Shown here: positions 25,830 through 39,382 of the stretch, one piece after another
Layout: each line of letters starts with the position of its first letter
Position numbering within the stretch: the first letter of the stretch is position 1
From: Ginglymostoma cirratum
Taxonomy: Eukaryota
Length of the DNA: 64,000 nucleotides
Reading direction: 5' to 3'
Assembly: GCA_024137785.1 (NCBI GenBank)
Contig: JAHRHZ010000144.1
Coordinates: 47,962,537 to 48,026,536 of the forward strand
Made by a program: the position numbers and the translations under genes
The notes under the pieces: model-generated
Told to the model about the DNA's origin: nothing
Databases searched by the model: none
What the model saw: the letters and a program-made list of their open reading frames with translations, nothing else

Positions 25830-28570
25830 TTAGAAAGATCTACTATGCTGCATTGTCCCAGCAGTAAGCAAATTCTAAATATCTCCTTTTTATGATTGGT
25901 GCTGATTTAACAACCAGTTCATTAGTTGGTGGTCATTTTTCAAGATTCTATAGACTCTGGAACATTTCCCATGAATTGGAAAGTTGCTATTGTAATCTTA
26001 AAAATGATGGTAGAGAGCAAGCAGACAATTATAGACTGGTTAGCCTGACATCAGTAGTGGGAAAATGCTAGAGTCCAATATAAAAGACTTAACATTAAAG
26101 CATTTGAAAAACACTGACAGAATTATACAGAGTCAGCAGAGACTTATGAGAGGGAAATCATACTTGACAAATCTACTGGAATTTTTCAAGGATGTAACTA
26201 GTAGAGTTGATAAAGCAGAACCATGGAATTTGAGAAAGCTTTAGATAAGGTCCCACGTAGAGGTTAGCATGTAAAACAAAGCATATGGGATTGGGGGTAG
26301 TGCAATGATATGGATGGCGAACTGGTTGGCACACAGGAAGCAAAGAATAGGAATAAACAGATCTTTTCCAAGTGATGGGTAGTGCTACAGGGATCAGTGC
26401 TTTGAGCCCACTTAGACATATTATTCATGATTAGATGAGGGAACTAAATACAATATCTATAAGTTTGCTGAAGACAGAAAGCTGGGTGGGAGGCTGAGCT
26501 GTGAGAAGGATGCCAAGATGTTTCTGTGTAATTTGGGTGGGTTGAATGAGTGGGAAAATGCATGGCAGATGAAGTATAATGTGGATAAAAGTGAGACTAT
26601 CCTCTTTGGTAGCAAAAATAGGAAAGTAGATTATTATCTGAATGACAGATTGGGAAACCAGGACATGAAAGGAGACCTGGGTGACCTTGTACACCAGTCA
26701 CTGAAATGAAGCATATAAGTGCAGCAGGCAGTGAAGAAGGCAAATTATATTCTGGCCTTCACAACAAGAGAATTCAAATACAAGAGAAGGGGTGTCTTCC
26801 TGCAGTTATATAGGACTTGGGTGAGACTACATCTGGAGTGTTACGTGCATTCTTGGTCTCTTTATCTGAGGAAGAATGTTCCAGTTATGGAGTACAACAA
26901 AGATTTACCAATATGATCCATTGGATGTCAAGGATGACAAGTGAAGAACAACTGGATTAGTTAGGACTACATGACGAATGATGAGGGCAGACCAGTGGAC
27001 ATGATCTATATGGAATTCAGTAAGGCATTCGACAAGGTTCCACATGGTAGACTGGTTAGCAAGGTTAGATCACATGGAATACATGGAGAACTACCATTTT
27101 GATACAGAACTGACTCAAAGATAGAAGACAAAGGGTGGTGGTGGGGGGTTGCTTTTCAGACTAGAGGCCTGTGACTTGTGCCCCAAGGATCAGTGCTGGG
27201 TCTACTGCTTTTTGTCATTTATATAAATGATTTGGATGTGAACAAGGAGGTATGGTTAGTAAATTTGCAGATGACACCAAGATTGCAGGTGTAGTGGACA
27301 GCGAAGAAGTTTATCTCAGAGTACACTGGAATCTTGATCAGATGGGCCAACGGGCCAAAGGAAAGGCAGGTGGAATTTAATTTAGATAAATGTGAGGTGC
27401 TACATTTTGGGGAGGTAAATCAGGGCAGGACTAAGGTCCTGGGGAATGTTGCTGAACAAAGAAACCTTGGAGTGCAGGTTTATATTTCCCTGAAAGCTGA
27501 GTCACAGGTAGACAGGATAGTGAAGAAGGTATTCGGTATGCTTGCCTTTATTGGTCAGTGCATTGAGTGTGGGAGTTGGGAGGTCATGTTGTGGCGCTAC
27601 AGGACATTGGTTAGGCCACTTTTGGAATACTGTGAGCAATTCTGGTCTTCCTGCTATAGAAAGGACGTTGTGAAATTTGAAAGGGTTCAGAAAAGATTTA
27701 CAAGGATGTTGCCAGAGTTGGAAGATTTGAGCAGTAGGGAGAGGTTGAATCGGCTGGGGCTATTTTCCGTGAAGCATTGGAGGTTGAAGGGTGACCTTAT
27801 AGAGGTTTAGAAAATCATGAGGGGCATGTATAGGGTGAATAGACAAGGTCTTTTCCCCAGGGTGAGGGAGTCCAAAACTATAGGGTATAGGTTTAAAATG
27901 AAAGGGGGAAGATTTAAAAGGGACTTCAGGTGTAACTTTTTCATGCAGAGGGTGGTGCATGTGTGGAATGAGCTGTCAGAGAAAGTTGTAGAGGCTGGTA
28001 CAATTAAAACATTTAAAAGGCACCTGAATGTATATATGAATAAGGATCGTTTAGACGGGTATGGGCCGGCAAATGGAACTAGATTTGTATAGGAAATCTG
28101 GTCAGCATGGATGAGTTGGACAAAAGGGTCTGTTTCCATGCCATACATCTCTATGACTCTATATTCACTGAAGTTCCGAAGAATGAGGGGCAATTACAGA
28201 GAAACCTATAAAATTCTAACAAGACTAGACTGAATATATGCAGGAAGGATGTGCCAGATGACTGGGGAGTGCAGAACCAGGGATTACAGTCTGAGGATAT
28301 GGAGTCGGCCGCTTAGGACTGAGAGGAGGAGAAATGTCTTCACCCAGAGAATGGTGTGCCAGTGAATTCTCTACCATAGACAGTGGTTGAGGTCTAAACA
28401 TTGAATGTTTTCAAGTAGTTAAATATAAATCTTAGGGTTAAGGGGATCAAAGGGTATGGGGCAAAAGTGGGAACAGGGTACTGTGTTGGATAATCAGCCT
28501 TGAACACGTTGAACAGTGGAGCAGGTTCAAACGGCAATATCGCCCACTCGCACTCCTAGTTCTATGTTTC
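25830..28570 (+). mobile_element. CR1 LINE RT and 3' end, split by a nested HER1 insertion
   Basis: YRLVSLTSVVGK, KSYLTNLLEFFKDVT, KFAED, WQMKYNVDK. It resumes tattcactgaagtt.gaagaatgagggg at 28162 and ends in a ctatgttt tail. Confidence 0.85.
26975..28160 (+). mobile_element. HER1/CR1 LINE nested inside another CR1
   Basis: YMEFSKAFDKVPH, PQGSVLG, KFADDTK, ORF 27334-27810 and tail ctctatgactct. Confidence 0.9.
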
Positions 28571-30669
28571 AGCAGGCTTTGATCGAATGGGGCACATGAT
28601 GTCTTCTGTGACTTCCATCTTGAAAGAACTTTTGAAACTTAATTTTGAGTTTTTATTTCCAAGTTAAACTTTTATGCCAAAAATTTTCTAACAGTTTTTT
28701 TAAAAATTAACGGTATCAGAACTCTGGTCATAACAATGGAATTTAAATGTACATCAATCTTTATTTATTGTGAAAAGAAATTTTACCAAATACTGAATTT
28801 CCACACTTGTTATGGGTACAGGACTAAAAAGCGTTAGAAGAATACATTCATTGATTAATATAACTCCAGTTACCGACACTGGCAATATTTGCCATAAGTT
28901 GCTGTAGCAGGAACATCTAATGCTGTCCACCATAAGCTAGACTTGCTCTTCATGTTTAGCCATTTAACATGGCACACTTGTGAAAATGTGAGCTGGTCAC
29001 AGCACAGTGAGGGAAATAAAATCTCTGTGACCTGAGTGAACAAAGCAAGCAACAGAGTTTTGCCTTAAACAATAAGATTAAAATATTTGAAAGCAATAGC
29101 AGAAGGACCAAAAAAGAACTGTAAATAAGAGTTGAGTGAATTCAATGTCGAAATAAGCACAGTGAAATGGAGAAGAAAGAAGATTGAATTAAAAGAGAAA
29201 GCGATGGAAAGGAAAAGCAAATAATAGATTTCAAATGTAATGTTTTAAAATCACCAACCACAATTATTAAAAAAAGAAATCTAACTTTGCACAATTAATG
29301 CTTAACTCACAGTACAAGCGAGATCACTTGGCAGTAACTAGCATAAGCCATTTCATCAAAATGAAACTAAGACTTGAAATGGCATGACTTTCAGTGGTGA
29401 GCTTAGTGCATGTCTACTGCACAAAAGAGCATTGTCATGCTATTCAAACATTTCAATAGTCACACAAACAGCAAGATTCTAATGGTCAAATGATGCATTT
29501 CAGGCAATAACTATTGCATATTTGTATATTACTGTGCAGCTACCCTCACTTGAAGAGCTGTCGCATTTACCTATCCATAACAGTGAGTGCTATTAGACTC
29601 ACAGTTGTTTTGATGTTGAATTTTGATGCATTGTTTACAAATGTATATTTATCCTTGCAGTTTCCTTGCTGAAGCAATGATATTTGTTAAATTCTCAAAT
29701 TAACCACCACACTGGATACACATTTGTAACACTAATAAATGTGTAAATTCAATGACCCCAAACGCCCATTGAAGAGCTGTGCTTGATGGGAGCATTGCTG
29801 GAGATTTGGCACAGCTTTTGGTATCTCTGCGTTTGAGGCACATTTTTGTTGAATGATCTTCATGGAAGTTTGGGATTGCCACAAATACCCCAAACTGGTA
29901 TTTATAGTTAAAATGTTGTTTCTTGATATCACTTTTGGCATCCAACACAGATTATCAGGACTTAGCAAAACTCAAAATAATAAAAACTTTTGGTAAGTGA
30001 AGGTATTTACATGTTGATATTTAATTAGGTCTGATAAGTGATGAAGGTATTTTTAAAACTAATAAAAATGTTTCAGTCCAGTAAAGGACATGTGGATTCT
30101 GACTACATTGGCGCACTGATGTCTTCAGAAGTTACTATTCTTTTTCTCAGCTCTCCCTACCACCAGGAAACCATGATTATTATTTCAATTTTGACGGCTG
30201 TGAAGGCATTTTGACTGATGTATCATATTAATACTTATAGCCTTTGTGCAATGAATGAGTTTGTGAGGATTAAGAACTTCTGTGAATTGTTTTTCACTTA
30301 AGTGAGCTGAACAGAATCAAATCTGTTTCCTACAGGGCAGCAGCTATGTGCCTTGAAAGAAAATGCTTTTTGGATAACTGGAACATTTTAAATTTTAATT
30401 GAAGCATCGACCTCAAAAATAGCAAAGAAAAAGCTTTTCCAATGTCTTATGAAAACAGAATACTGTTCTATTTATTCACTTAATTTCTGCATATTTTGTT
30501 CATGTAACTTACAACACTTTAAAAAACAAGATCCAATCTGTATAAAACAATAGAAAACTTGAAAAAAAATGTATAGATCATAGAGTGGAGTCCAGAAAGT
30601 CATTGGCAGCATGTTGAAAATGCACATTTAAAGACATCTTGATTCAAAATGTGTTTTAATAGATACTGT

Positions 30670-30780
30670 CTAATCAATCTGTTCAGCAATGTTATTACAC
30701 ACCTCTGGAGCAGGTGGAACATGAACCTGGACCTCTTAGCTCAGAGTTAAGGACACGACCACTGCATTGCAAGAGCCCCT
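30670..30780 (-). mobile_element. Short tRNA-derived SINE
   Basis: Minus strand gggctcttgcaatgcagtggt...ggttcatgttccacctgctccagaggtgtg, with A- and B-box-like motifs. Confidence 0.6.
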
Positions 30781-31363
30781 AAATTGGGTCTTAATCATAA
30801 TTTTAATTAATTGGCAAATTGTGAGATCAATCAGGAGTTCAAACACAACACATTGGTCTTTCCTAAAATACCATGCTCAGTACATGTCACCCTTTAGACA
30901 GATCCTGGAAGCAAAGAGGGTAAATTAAATGGATTATCCATGATAATGAGTGTGGACCTTCAGTGTGCTTCAGTATTGTTGTAGGTATTACTGCTCCTCG
31001 TGACATCACAAAAAATTAAGCCAAAAACTTATTTCTCTTATGACCTTACCAAAAGCACCAAATGATATGGTGATCACACAGGAAAGTGATATCGAGCTAG
31101 AAGATTTGCCATGATTTTGTTGAACGGAGGAGTGGATGCAAAGGACTGAATGGCTTACTCCAACTTTTTCTTAAGATCTTATCCCTGCATTAGACCTTAA
31201 AAAGCTGAAAAGATCAGGCTCAGTGCAGACTTCACATAATTAATTTCCAACTTAATATCAGTGACCTATTCAAGACAAATTAACTGGATGACTAAATTGG
31301 CCAATATGAAATGGTAGCTGTTGAACTTCACCTGTGAATTGCATGACCTAGTCCAGTTTTGGT

Positions 31364-31635
31364 ATAACAAGCATGGGGCTGGATGAACACAGCAGGTCAA
31401 GCAGCATCATAGGAGCAGGAAAACTTGACGTTTCGGGCCTAAACCCTTCATAAGAAATGGGGGAGGGGAAGAGGGTTCTGAAATAAATAGGGAGAGAGGG
31501 GGAGGCGGATAGAGGATGGATAGAGGAGAGGATAGGTGGAGAGGAGGCAGACAAGTCGAAGAGGCGGGGATGGAGCCAGTATCCAGCCCCATGCTTGTTA
31601 TCTCGGATTCTCCAGCATCTGCAGTACCTTTTATC
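31364..31635. mobile_element. Penelope-like insertion (family A): inverted terminal repeat plus forward 3' end, 14-bp TSD
   Basis: TSD tccagttttggtat at 31352-31365 and 31636-31649. Inverted repeat ataacaagcatggggctggat / atccagccccatgcttgttat. Minus-strand hammerhead-like core at 31427-31454. Confidence 0.8.
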
Positions 31636-34600
31636 TCCAGTTTTGGTATGCCTGCCTCTCATGTTGCACCTAAAAACAGATAAAACAAAATTGCATTTCT
31701 CTTCACACCTGTCTCATATTGCTTACATTGCCTGAAGATTATACGTCCAACTACTTTGTGTTTCCTTTCTCAAGAATTGCCAGTCGCTCCAGAAAGGGAG
31801 AACATCTAGTATATTCCAACCTACCAATTTAGTATTCTTTCCATAATTCACGCCCANNNNNNNNNNAATATATTCCAACCTACCAATTTAGTATTCTTTC
31901 CATAATTCACGCCTCAACAAAATAATTTTCTGCAAGTCTGTTCACAACATATCTACAGCAAAAATGTGAGCAACACAGCAAGATTTGAGCTGGGCTGACA
32001 AGTGGAAACTGTATGCCACTGCCTTCAGAAATATTGTCTTCTTTAAATACTGACACCAACAACATATCCTACTATCAGTTCACTGCCACTGTGTAACCCA
32101 ATGTCTCAACATTTGAGAAGTTCCTTCATAACTGTCAGTTGAACCTGGATAATTAAGCTGTTAACCATGTACTTGAGGGAACAGCTTGGCCATAAATCTG
32201 TCTTGCCTTGGTTCTTCCTCTTTGTTTAAACAATTCTCAGGGGAGGCACATGAATGGCACTTGACACTATCCAGCTTTGCTGGTAATGGATTAGATCAAC
32301 ACAGCACTACGCACATACCTCTTCTGTTGTATGGATTTCCTAAGATTCATAAATTTTGACAAATCAATAAGATAAAGTTACTTGTGTCATATGATCGTTT
32401 CTGTTTCCGATTGTAATTTTATCCAAATGTAGAACAGAGAGGAAAAAAAACTCTTGCAGAATCCAGCAGCAGCAATTTGCTGGCACGCTGTAGAAATGGT
32501 GATCTGATGCTGATGAGTCTTTAGCAGAATGGTAGTTTGTGTTATGTTTTAACTCCTTGACTGTCGTTGAGTGTTCAGGATCATATTCCTTTCATTTTAA
32601 TAACTTGGAAATTATTATAAAACATTTAAATCACTGTAGAACAGCATTATAAAAATAACGCATTCTAAAATGTATTATTTTGTGATTTTGAGAACAGTAT
32701 TCTATATGAAGTTATACTTCAATAATAATTCGACACCTTATTGAATTTCAGGTCCGGAACCTGCACATCAACTCCTTCACATTCGCCACGCGATTTTTAG
32801 TTTCAAGTACTGTCCCTTAATTGATATTAAACATTTCCAGGAGGCGGATAAATCAGGAAACTTCCCAGTAGAACAAGGACAGAAAGCGGGCGTAAGTAAG
32901 TTAAGTTGCAGAGTTTGTCAAATTTGGTTCTAAATTCAATTCAAACAAATGTACTCGGGGACCCCTCGGTGAACCCGACAGTTGTGTAATGTGTACAGGA
33001 TTGTTCAGGTTCGTACAGGGAAAAAAAACACTAAAATCCTGAGCGGACAGGCAACTTAAACTCCAGCAGGACTTACGGGACCATTCATTGATAACATTTC
33101 CTGCTCTCCTTGTCCGCTGGAGCCAACGTCCAGGACAGAAATTTTGAAACTCCACCGGCACCCAATCCCTCACCTGTTTGACAATTCAGCCTTATATGTT
33201 TTCCTGAGATAAAACGTCTGTGGAGTCGTTATGGTTTCGAGGCAGTGTTTGCTGCTGAAAACTATTTTCACATTTATCTCACTTACTTTCTTAAATGTTC
33301 CAGCATCTGCTAGAATATATGTGATGTAAATATTAAGTTTCTTTTTGCAGCTGTCCTTTATTATTATTAAAAATAATATTATTCTTTTCTTGTGTTAATG
33401 TTTCTGCTAGATCATATTTTCAAAGCTTAGATTTCAAATAAAAAGACATAATAAACTGTACAAAGTCATAAATGTATTTGTTGGATGAAGATATCAACAA
33501 ATCCTTTCCAAGACATCAGCAACTAGTTATTTTCACAAATACCCATGTAACTAAATCACTGTAAACATTATGTTCACAAGTAATACTTGTAATTTTACTG
33601 TTTTCTACATACTCTAGCAATATTTAATGTGTAAATTTGCACCATGTCTTTTAATGAGTAAAGAATATGTTAACTATGAAAGGGCATTCATAGGCAGATT
33701 ATTGCAAGGCCTGGTTATCTGATAAACAGAAAGGAATAAAATCTAATGATTAGGCAGTCTTGACAAATAAACGTATTTTAGAAGTCCATAAATTATCTTA
33801 CCTAATTTTTGAAAAATGCGTATCATCCAAAATTCACTGTGCTATACTGCTGTTCCTTCATAAATAGACATGGTACTAAAACAAACATGCATAAACCTAA
33901 TCAGACTCTGAACATAATTGATCCCCATCTCTGCAAATTTAGGTAGGGAACTGATGGCAACATGTTCATTGAAAGGATGTTTTACTTTGTAGTTCCAGTG
34001 AAAAAGAAGATTAAAAGCAAGAATAGCATGTCTCACATGTGTAAAAAATTTGAAAGATAAATGCAGTTTACTTCTGATGTCTATTATCTCTTTGATGAGT
34101 AATATAAAGAAACACTTTCAATGATACATGTTTTATGTTATAAATGATAACTTGAAGCAGTGTGGATTCCAAGAATTTCACAAAAATCATTTGAAAAATT
34201 ATTGGCTTCCAGAAGTATTTTCTTACACTTTATAAATTACAACTTGCTCCTGATCAATCAGAAGATATCTCCTGGCATGAAACCTAGATTATTCAAGCCT
34301 ACATTGAATGTTAATGTGAACTTGTTAACTATTCGAATCCCAATTCTTGCATTAAAAATGTGTGAGCAGGCAACATACATGTATCCACCACTCAACTCAG
34401 TAAAATTTGCAGAACCAGAGAATGACAACCCCAAGAGCAGATTTTAGTGCAGTTGGGAGGCCCCTCCCCACACCAGAAGAGATTTCAATTTTCTGTAAGT
34501 GCCAAGTCCCATCCCAGGAATAAAATAAGCTTGTCCCTTCTGCCCTATTTATAACAGGTGTTATAATCCTGGTGGAGACCAGTAACTTATAAAATGAAAT

Positions 34601-34701
34601 TCCAAGTCAGTTATCAAATTAAAGAATTATGCCACAAGATGTCACATTTTAAACAAACAATTCTATTGGACAAAAATTAAGCAAGGCAATTATTACATTA
34701 T

Positions 34702-37620
34702 GGGGTGGATTTTACAAAAAATTGTCAAAGTTTGAATTTTGGGAAGTTTCAGGGCTGGTTTCCATCCATGAGCTCTAGAGAATTATCTCACAATTTTCCA
34801 TTGCTCACATCATCAGATATGCACCACCCTTTTACAGCACCACACTCACACTATTGGGTGTTTAGCAATTGTGGAAGTGCTTGCTGCTGCTGGGACGTTC
34901 CATGAAACACAACGCGGGCCATTTAAATCCCAGCTGTGCACCAGGCAGAACACTGCAAACCAGGAATAATCCTCCACAGTTGCCGTGTGGGGAGAATTGT
35001 CCCCTGGTTTTCTAACAGGGACCTGGAAGTCCTGGAGGCTAGGCTGCTGCAGAGGAACACAGAACAAGAGTAGAGGCCAAACCAGCAGACCTTGCCTGAC
35101 TAGTCTGAATTTGTCACCTGAGTCAGTGTGTTGTCCAATGTTCCAGAGGAATTTCCAGCAGTATGGCAAGGATAATTACCTTTTGCGCTCCGCACGGGTA
35201 GGTACCAAACATCTTCTCTCTGCTGTCTCATGTTCAGAGTAACTCCACTTACAGCACACATTTCCCAGCAAGGCTCATTGTCTACTACTCTCACGATTGC
35301 TTACAGCATCTTCCTTCACTGGCTGTCATCCATCTCATTGCCCCAGACTTCAAATTGTGCAAGCCTTCTGCACTGCTTACTTACTCACTAAGGGCACCTT
35401 TACTGTACCTGTGCCAGCCACTCTAATTTCACTCAAAGCCACCGTTGCTCTCATGGCATGAAAAATTAGCAGATAATAGGGTTGAAAGAGTCAAGACAGG
35501 TGGTGGGATGCCCAACATTTGTCTCTTCACCCCATACATAAGATAATCCTTAAATTCACAGGAGAAGATACAGGCTATACACGTGGGCATACCGAGGACC
35601 TCCATGTCACAGCAAGCATCTCAAATTCATGTCACCTGCTGTGCTTCCCTTCCATTATCAACTGTGAATGTACTCTTAACTGACCAAAACCTTTAACCCC
35701 ATTTCAGAACTCATTCTGCAGCTCATTTCCTGCAGGCACCGGTGGAATCTGGGCTGTAGAGAGCAGACCCCCAACCAATATCTCTTCCACCAGAGGTAGG
35801 AATCACAGATCCCTCAGAGAATGCACTGGGAGGGCTGTCTCCTGCACCTCCACCATCCCAGATATTGCCACATCAGTGGATACTTTACCATGTGTTGCGA
35901 ATGCATTCTGATGAGCGCGTTATCATCAAATGACTGCAGCTGGCCAAGGAAGAAATAACCACCATTGCTAGCACTCAGAGAACAGCCAGAGATCAGATAC
36001 TTGCTCAACGCCAGACAGTAAAGGATCCCATAGTGTCAGCCATTATGAGTTTCATCCAAATGCACAGACAGACACAGGAGCAGCAGCGGATTTGTCGGAG
36101 ACACTCAGGAAACTGGATCAAAGGTTGGAAGAGTCTGCCTATTCTATTAGTATCTTGCTAACTCTCATATCTATGCTTCTGGTTGCCTCCATAGAAGGTT
36201 GGTGGCTGTACAGCCAAGCCCAACACTCTCAGTCTCTGCTGACTACATGCACAGAGCTGCACTCAATCACTGTAGCCACTGGTGCACAACAAGAGAGGGG
36301 TTCGGGGCAAGAGGCCTTGAACCCAGCCCCGATATCTCTTCCGCTGCATGAGACAGCGTGGTATAAATAGGAGGAACCACAAACAGGCACTGCAGAATTC
36401 TCCTCTCAGGTCAGTCCAAGACCCTGTCCCTTCTACCTCTGCTCTTCCTGCCACTACAACCCTGTGGAAGTTCAAGTCAATCTGGCCAGGACATTAAGTA
36501 TAAGGACATAAGAAACAGGAGCAGGAGTAGGTCATCTTGCCCATATCGGCTGTTGCACCATTTAATAAGATCATGGCTAATCTTTTTATGGACTCAGCTC
36601 CACTTACCTGCCCACTCACTATAGCCCTTAGTTCCTTTACTGTTCAAATATCTGTCTTTGCCTTAAAAACATTTAACAAGATAGCCTCAGCTGCTTCATT
36701 GGGGAGGAAATTCCAAAGGTTCACAACCCTTTGGGTGAAGAAGTTCTTCCTCAACTCAGTCCTAAATCTGCTCCCCCTTATTTTGAGAATATGACCATCT
36801 GTCCTATTTTCACTTGCCAGTGGAAACAAACTCACTGCTTTTGTCTTATCTATTTTCTTCATAATTTTCTATGTTTCTATAAGATTCCTCCTCATTCTTC
36901 TAAATTCCAATGAATATAGTGCCAGTCTATTCAATCTGTTCTCATAAGACAACCCGTTCAATTCTGGAATCAACCTCGTGAACCTCCTCTGCACTCTTTC
37001 CTTTCTCAAGTAAGGAGACTAAAACTGTACACAGTAGTCCAAGTGTGGTCCCACCGGCACCCTATACAGCTACAGCATAACCTCCCTGTTTTAAAACTCC
37101 ATCCCTCTAGCAATGAAGGACAATATTCCATTTCCCTTCTTAATTACTTGCTGCACCTGCAAACCAACTTTTTGTCATTCATGCACAAGGACACCCAGGT
37201 CCCTTTGTACAGCAGCATGCTGCAATTTTTCACCATTTAAATAATAGTCCATTTTGCTGTTGTTCCTACCAAAATGGATGACCTCACAGTTACTAATATT
37301 GTACTCCATCTGCCAGACCCTTGTCCACTCACTTAACTTATGTATATCCCTCTGCAGACTTTCAGTGTCTGCTGCATACTTTGCTACACCACTTATTTTC
37401 ATATCATCTGCGAACTTTGACAAAATACACTTGGTCTCCAACTCTATTTTCTATCCCTCTTGCCACAAATACCCCCTGGGATTGGCCCAACCAAAACTCT
37501 TAAGCTAACAGGCACCTCTATCTGGCAGACTTCTTCAAGCCCAGTTGGAAAGGCCAGGCCAACATTTAGATGTGGTAGGAGAGAAAGGAAAAGGAAGTCT
37601 TATGAGGGTGCACAGATGAA
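34702..37620 (+). mobile_element. PIF/Harbinger remnant with a spliced Myb/SANT gene, interrupted by CR1
   Basis: TIR-like ggggtggattttac at 34702. Exon 1 gives PWFSNRDLEVL...QQTLPD*SE...NYLLRSAR|gt (35198). Exon 2 gives EKLADNRVERVKTGGGMPNICLFTPY. Confidence 0.72.
36505..37445 (-). mobile_element. CR1 LINE 3' part
   Basis: SKFADDMKI, WQMEYN..CEVIHFG, FRTELRKNFFTQRVVNLWN and 3' tail. Confidence 0.9.
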
Positions 37621-37794
37621 ACATCATTGTAACTAAATCATCATATTTGAAAATATATGTTCACTTTTCATCTTCAGTTATCTAAGCAAGTGTCATTTTT
37701 GTTCCAGGTACAAGATGAAGCTGGAGAGGTTGACTATCCTTAGTGCCACCCAATGTTCAAACCCTATGTGAATGATCACTGGAGAACCATCAGG

Positions 37795-37955
37795 CTACTC
37801 TCTCATTAGAGAGAAATGACTGGTGGTGTGTTTAACCTAAGGTTAAAGATCTCAGCCACCATTAAGACCTCAGCCAGAATAAGAATTGAACCTATGTTGT
37901 TAGCATTACTCAGCATCACAAACCAACCAGCCAGCCAACTGAGCTAATTGATCCC
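37795..37955 (-). mobile_element. tRNA-derived SINE
   Basis: Homologue of 4125-4308, with A box tagctcagttgg on the minus strand. Confidence 0.65.
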
Positions 37956-38357
37956 CATCTTTTCTGCAACCCCAATACCAGCATGAAATTTTGTCACAAT
38001 TGGATGCGAGAACATCAGATATTGTGAACGCTTCAATCAGTTTGAAATTGTAACTTTAATTGATCAACTGGAGAAATGTAAAAGAAGAACAAAGCAGTAA
38101 ATTGTGTTTATAGTTGGATTAAACAGAGGTTGCTCACCTCTACAGCATTATAACATTTACAGTCAGAGAAAGATGATTTCACATAATTCAGTTCCATTGC
38201 AAGTGAATGACAAACAAGTCCTGCCTGGTTTGTTTTGACTAATGATGTTGTGCTGTAGGATGCTGATGGTGATGTTTCTTCTACTGAACATACTACTTGG
38301 TGCAATGTCAATACAGTGTGGAGCTGGAGGCACACAGCAGGGTCTCCATCATCGCAA

Positions 38358-38548
38358 GAACAGAACACAAGAACCAGGAGCAGGAGTAGGCCATCAGACC
38401 CTTTGACCCTGCTCTGCCATTCAATAAGATCATGGCTGATCTTTTTCTGGTCTCAGTTCCACTTACCCATCCTCTCACCATAACCTTTAATTCCTTTACT
38501 GTTCAAAAATTATCTATCTTAGCTTCAAAAACATTTAATGAGGAAACA
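38358..38548 (-). mobile_element. CR1 3' UTR fragment
   Basis: Closely similar to 36505-36690. Confidence 0.75.
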
Positions 38549-38561
38549 TCAGTGAGTTTGC

Positions 38562-39170
38562 TGTGAGACAAAATGTGCCTTTCAGAGGAATTTTCTGTCC
38601 TGGTTCTCTAGAAGAGAGGCATTGTAAAATGGTGACGTCTGTTTCATGGAAACCAGAGTAAATACATTTGTTTTTTTTTTCAAAAATGAAACATGAGTGG
38701 GTTGAGTCAGGATCACACAGACCCAGGGGTTTTAGGTTTGCTTTGTTGTTGAAATTGCGGTTTTGAAGTTGAAACTATTGGATACAACTCTCTCTCTGAT
38801 GCTGCTTGAGGTCTGTCTATGCTGGACTGGAGGAGATAGCAAGTGAGGAAAATCTATTTCACAGAATTTATTTTTGCCAACAGCGTGTTTATGGGATGCT
38901 GTTATATTGGAAAAGTTGATGATTCGGACTTAAATAATGTATTATTTTGTTAAGTATCTTGACAGAGTTAAAATTATGCCAATTCTCTTTTTTGTTTGTA
39001 TTTTAATTGTGGTGTAAGAATAAAGTGTGTTTTACTTCAGGCCAAGCGGTTCAACCAATCAAGTTACACGTGGAATGCAACACCTTACACTTGCCTTTAA
39101 ATAAGATAAAAGTCAGGATTGAGGCTATCTCCTCGATAAGTTTTGAGGGGGTTTGGTCAGGTCCATAACA
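38562..39170 (+). mobile_element. Probable solo LTR
   Basis: About 610 bp with TG...CA ends (tgtgag...ccataaca) and an internal aataaa at about 39018. No clear TSD. Confidence 0.45.
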
Positions 39171-39382
39171 TGTGTAACACCTAATGTTAATTGTTGGTGG
39201 ATTATTATGATATTTTACTCTCCGTCCCCTCCTGATATTCTCTGACCCTAAGTTGCCATTTTACAATTTTCCTCACTTACCATGCATCACATATTTCCAC
39301 ATTTGATCCCTTGCTCCCACTATCTAGTTTAAAACCCGCTAGCATTCCCAGCAGGATCACAGAAGCCCAGCACAATTCAGGT

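Noticed and set aside
31810-31913. Direct repeat of about 45 bp
   Set aside because: The two copies flank a 10-N gap, which is typical of unmerged contig overlap.
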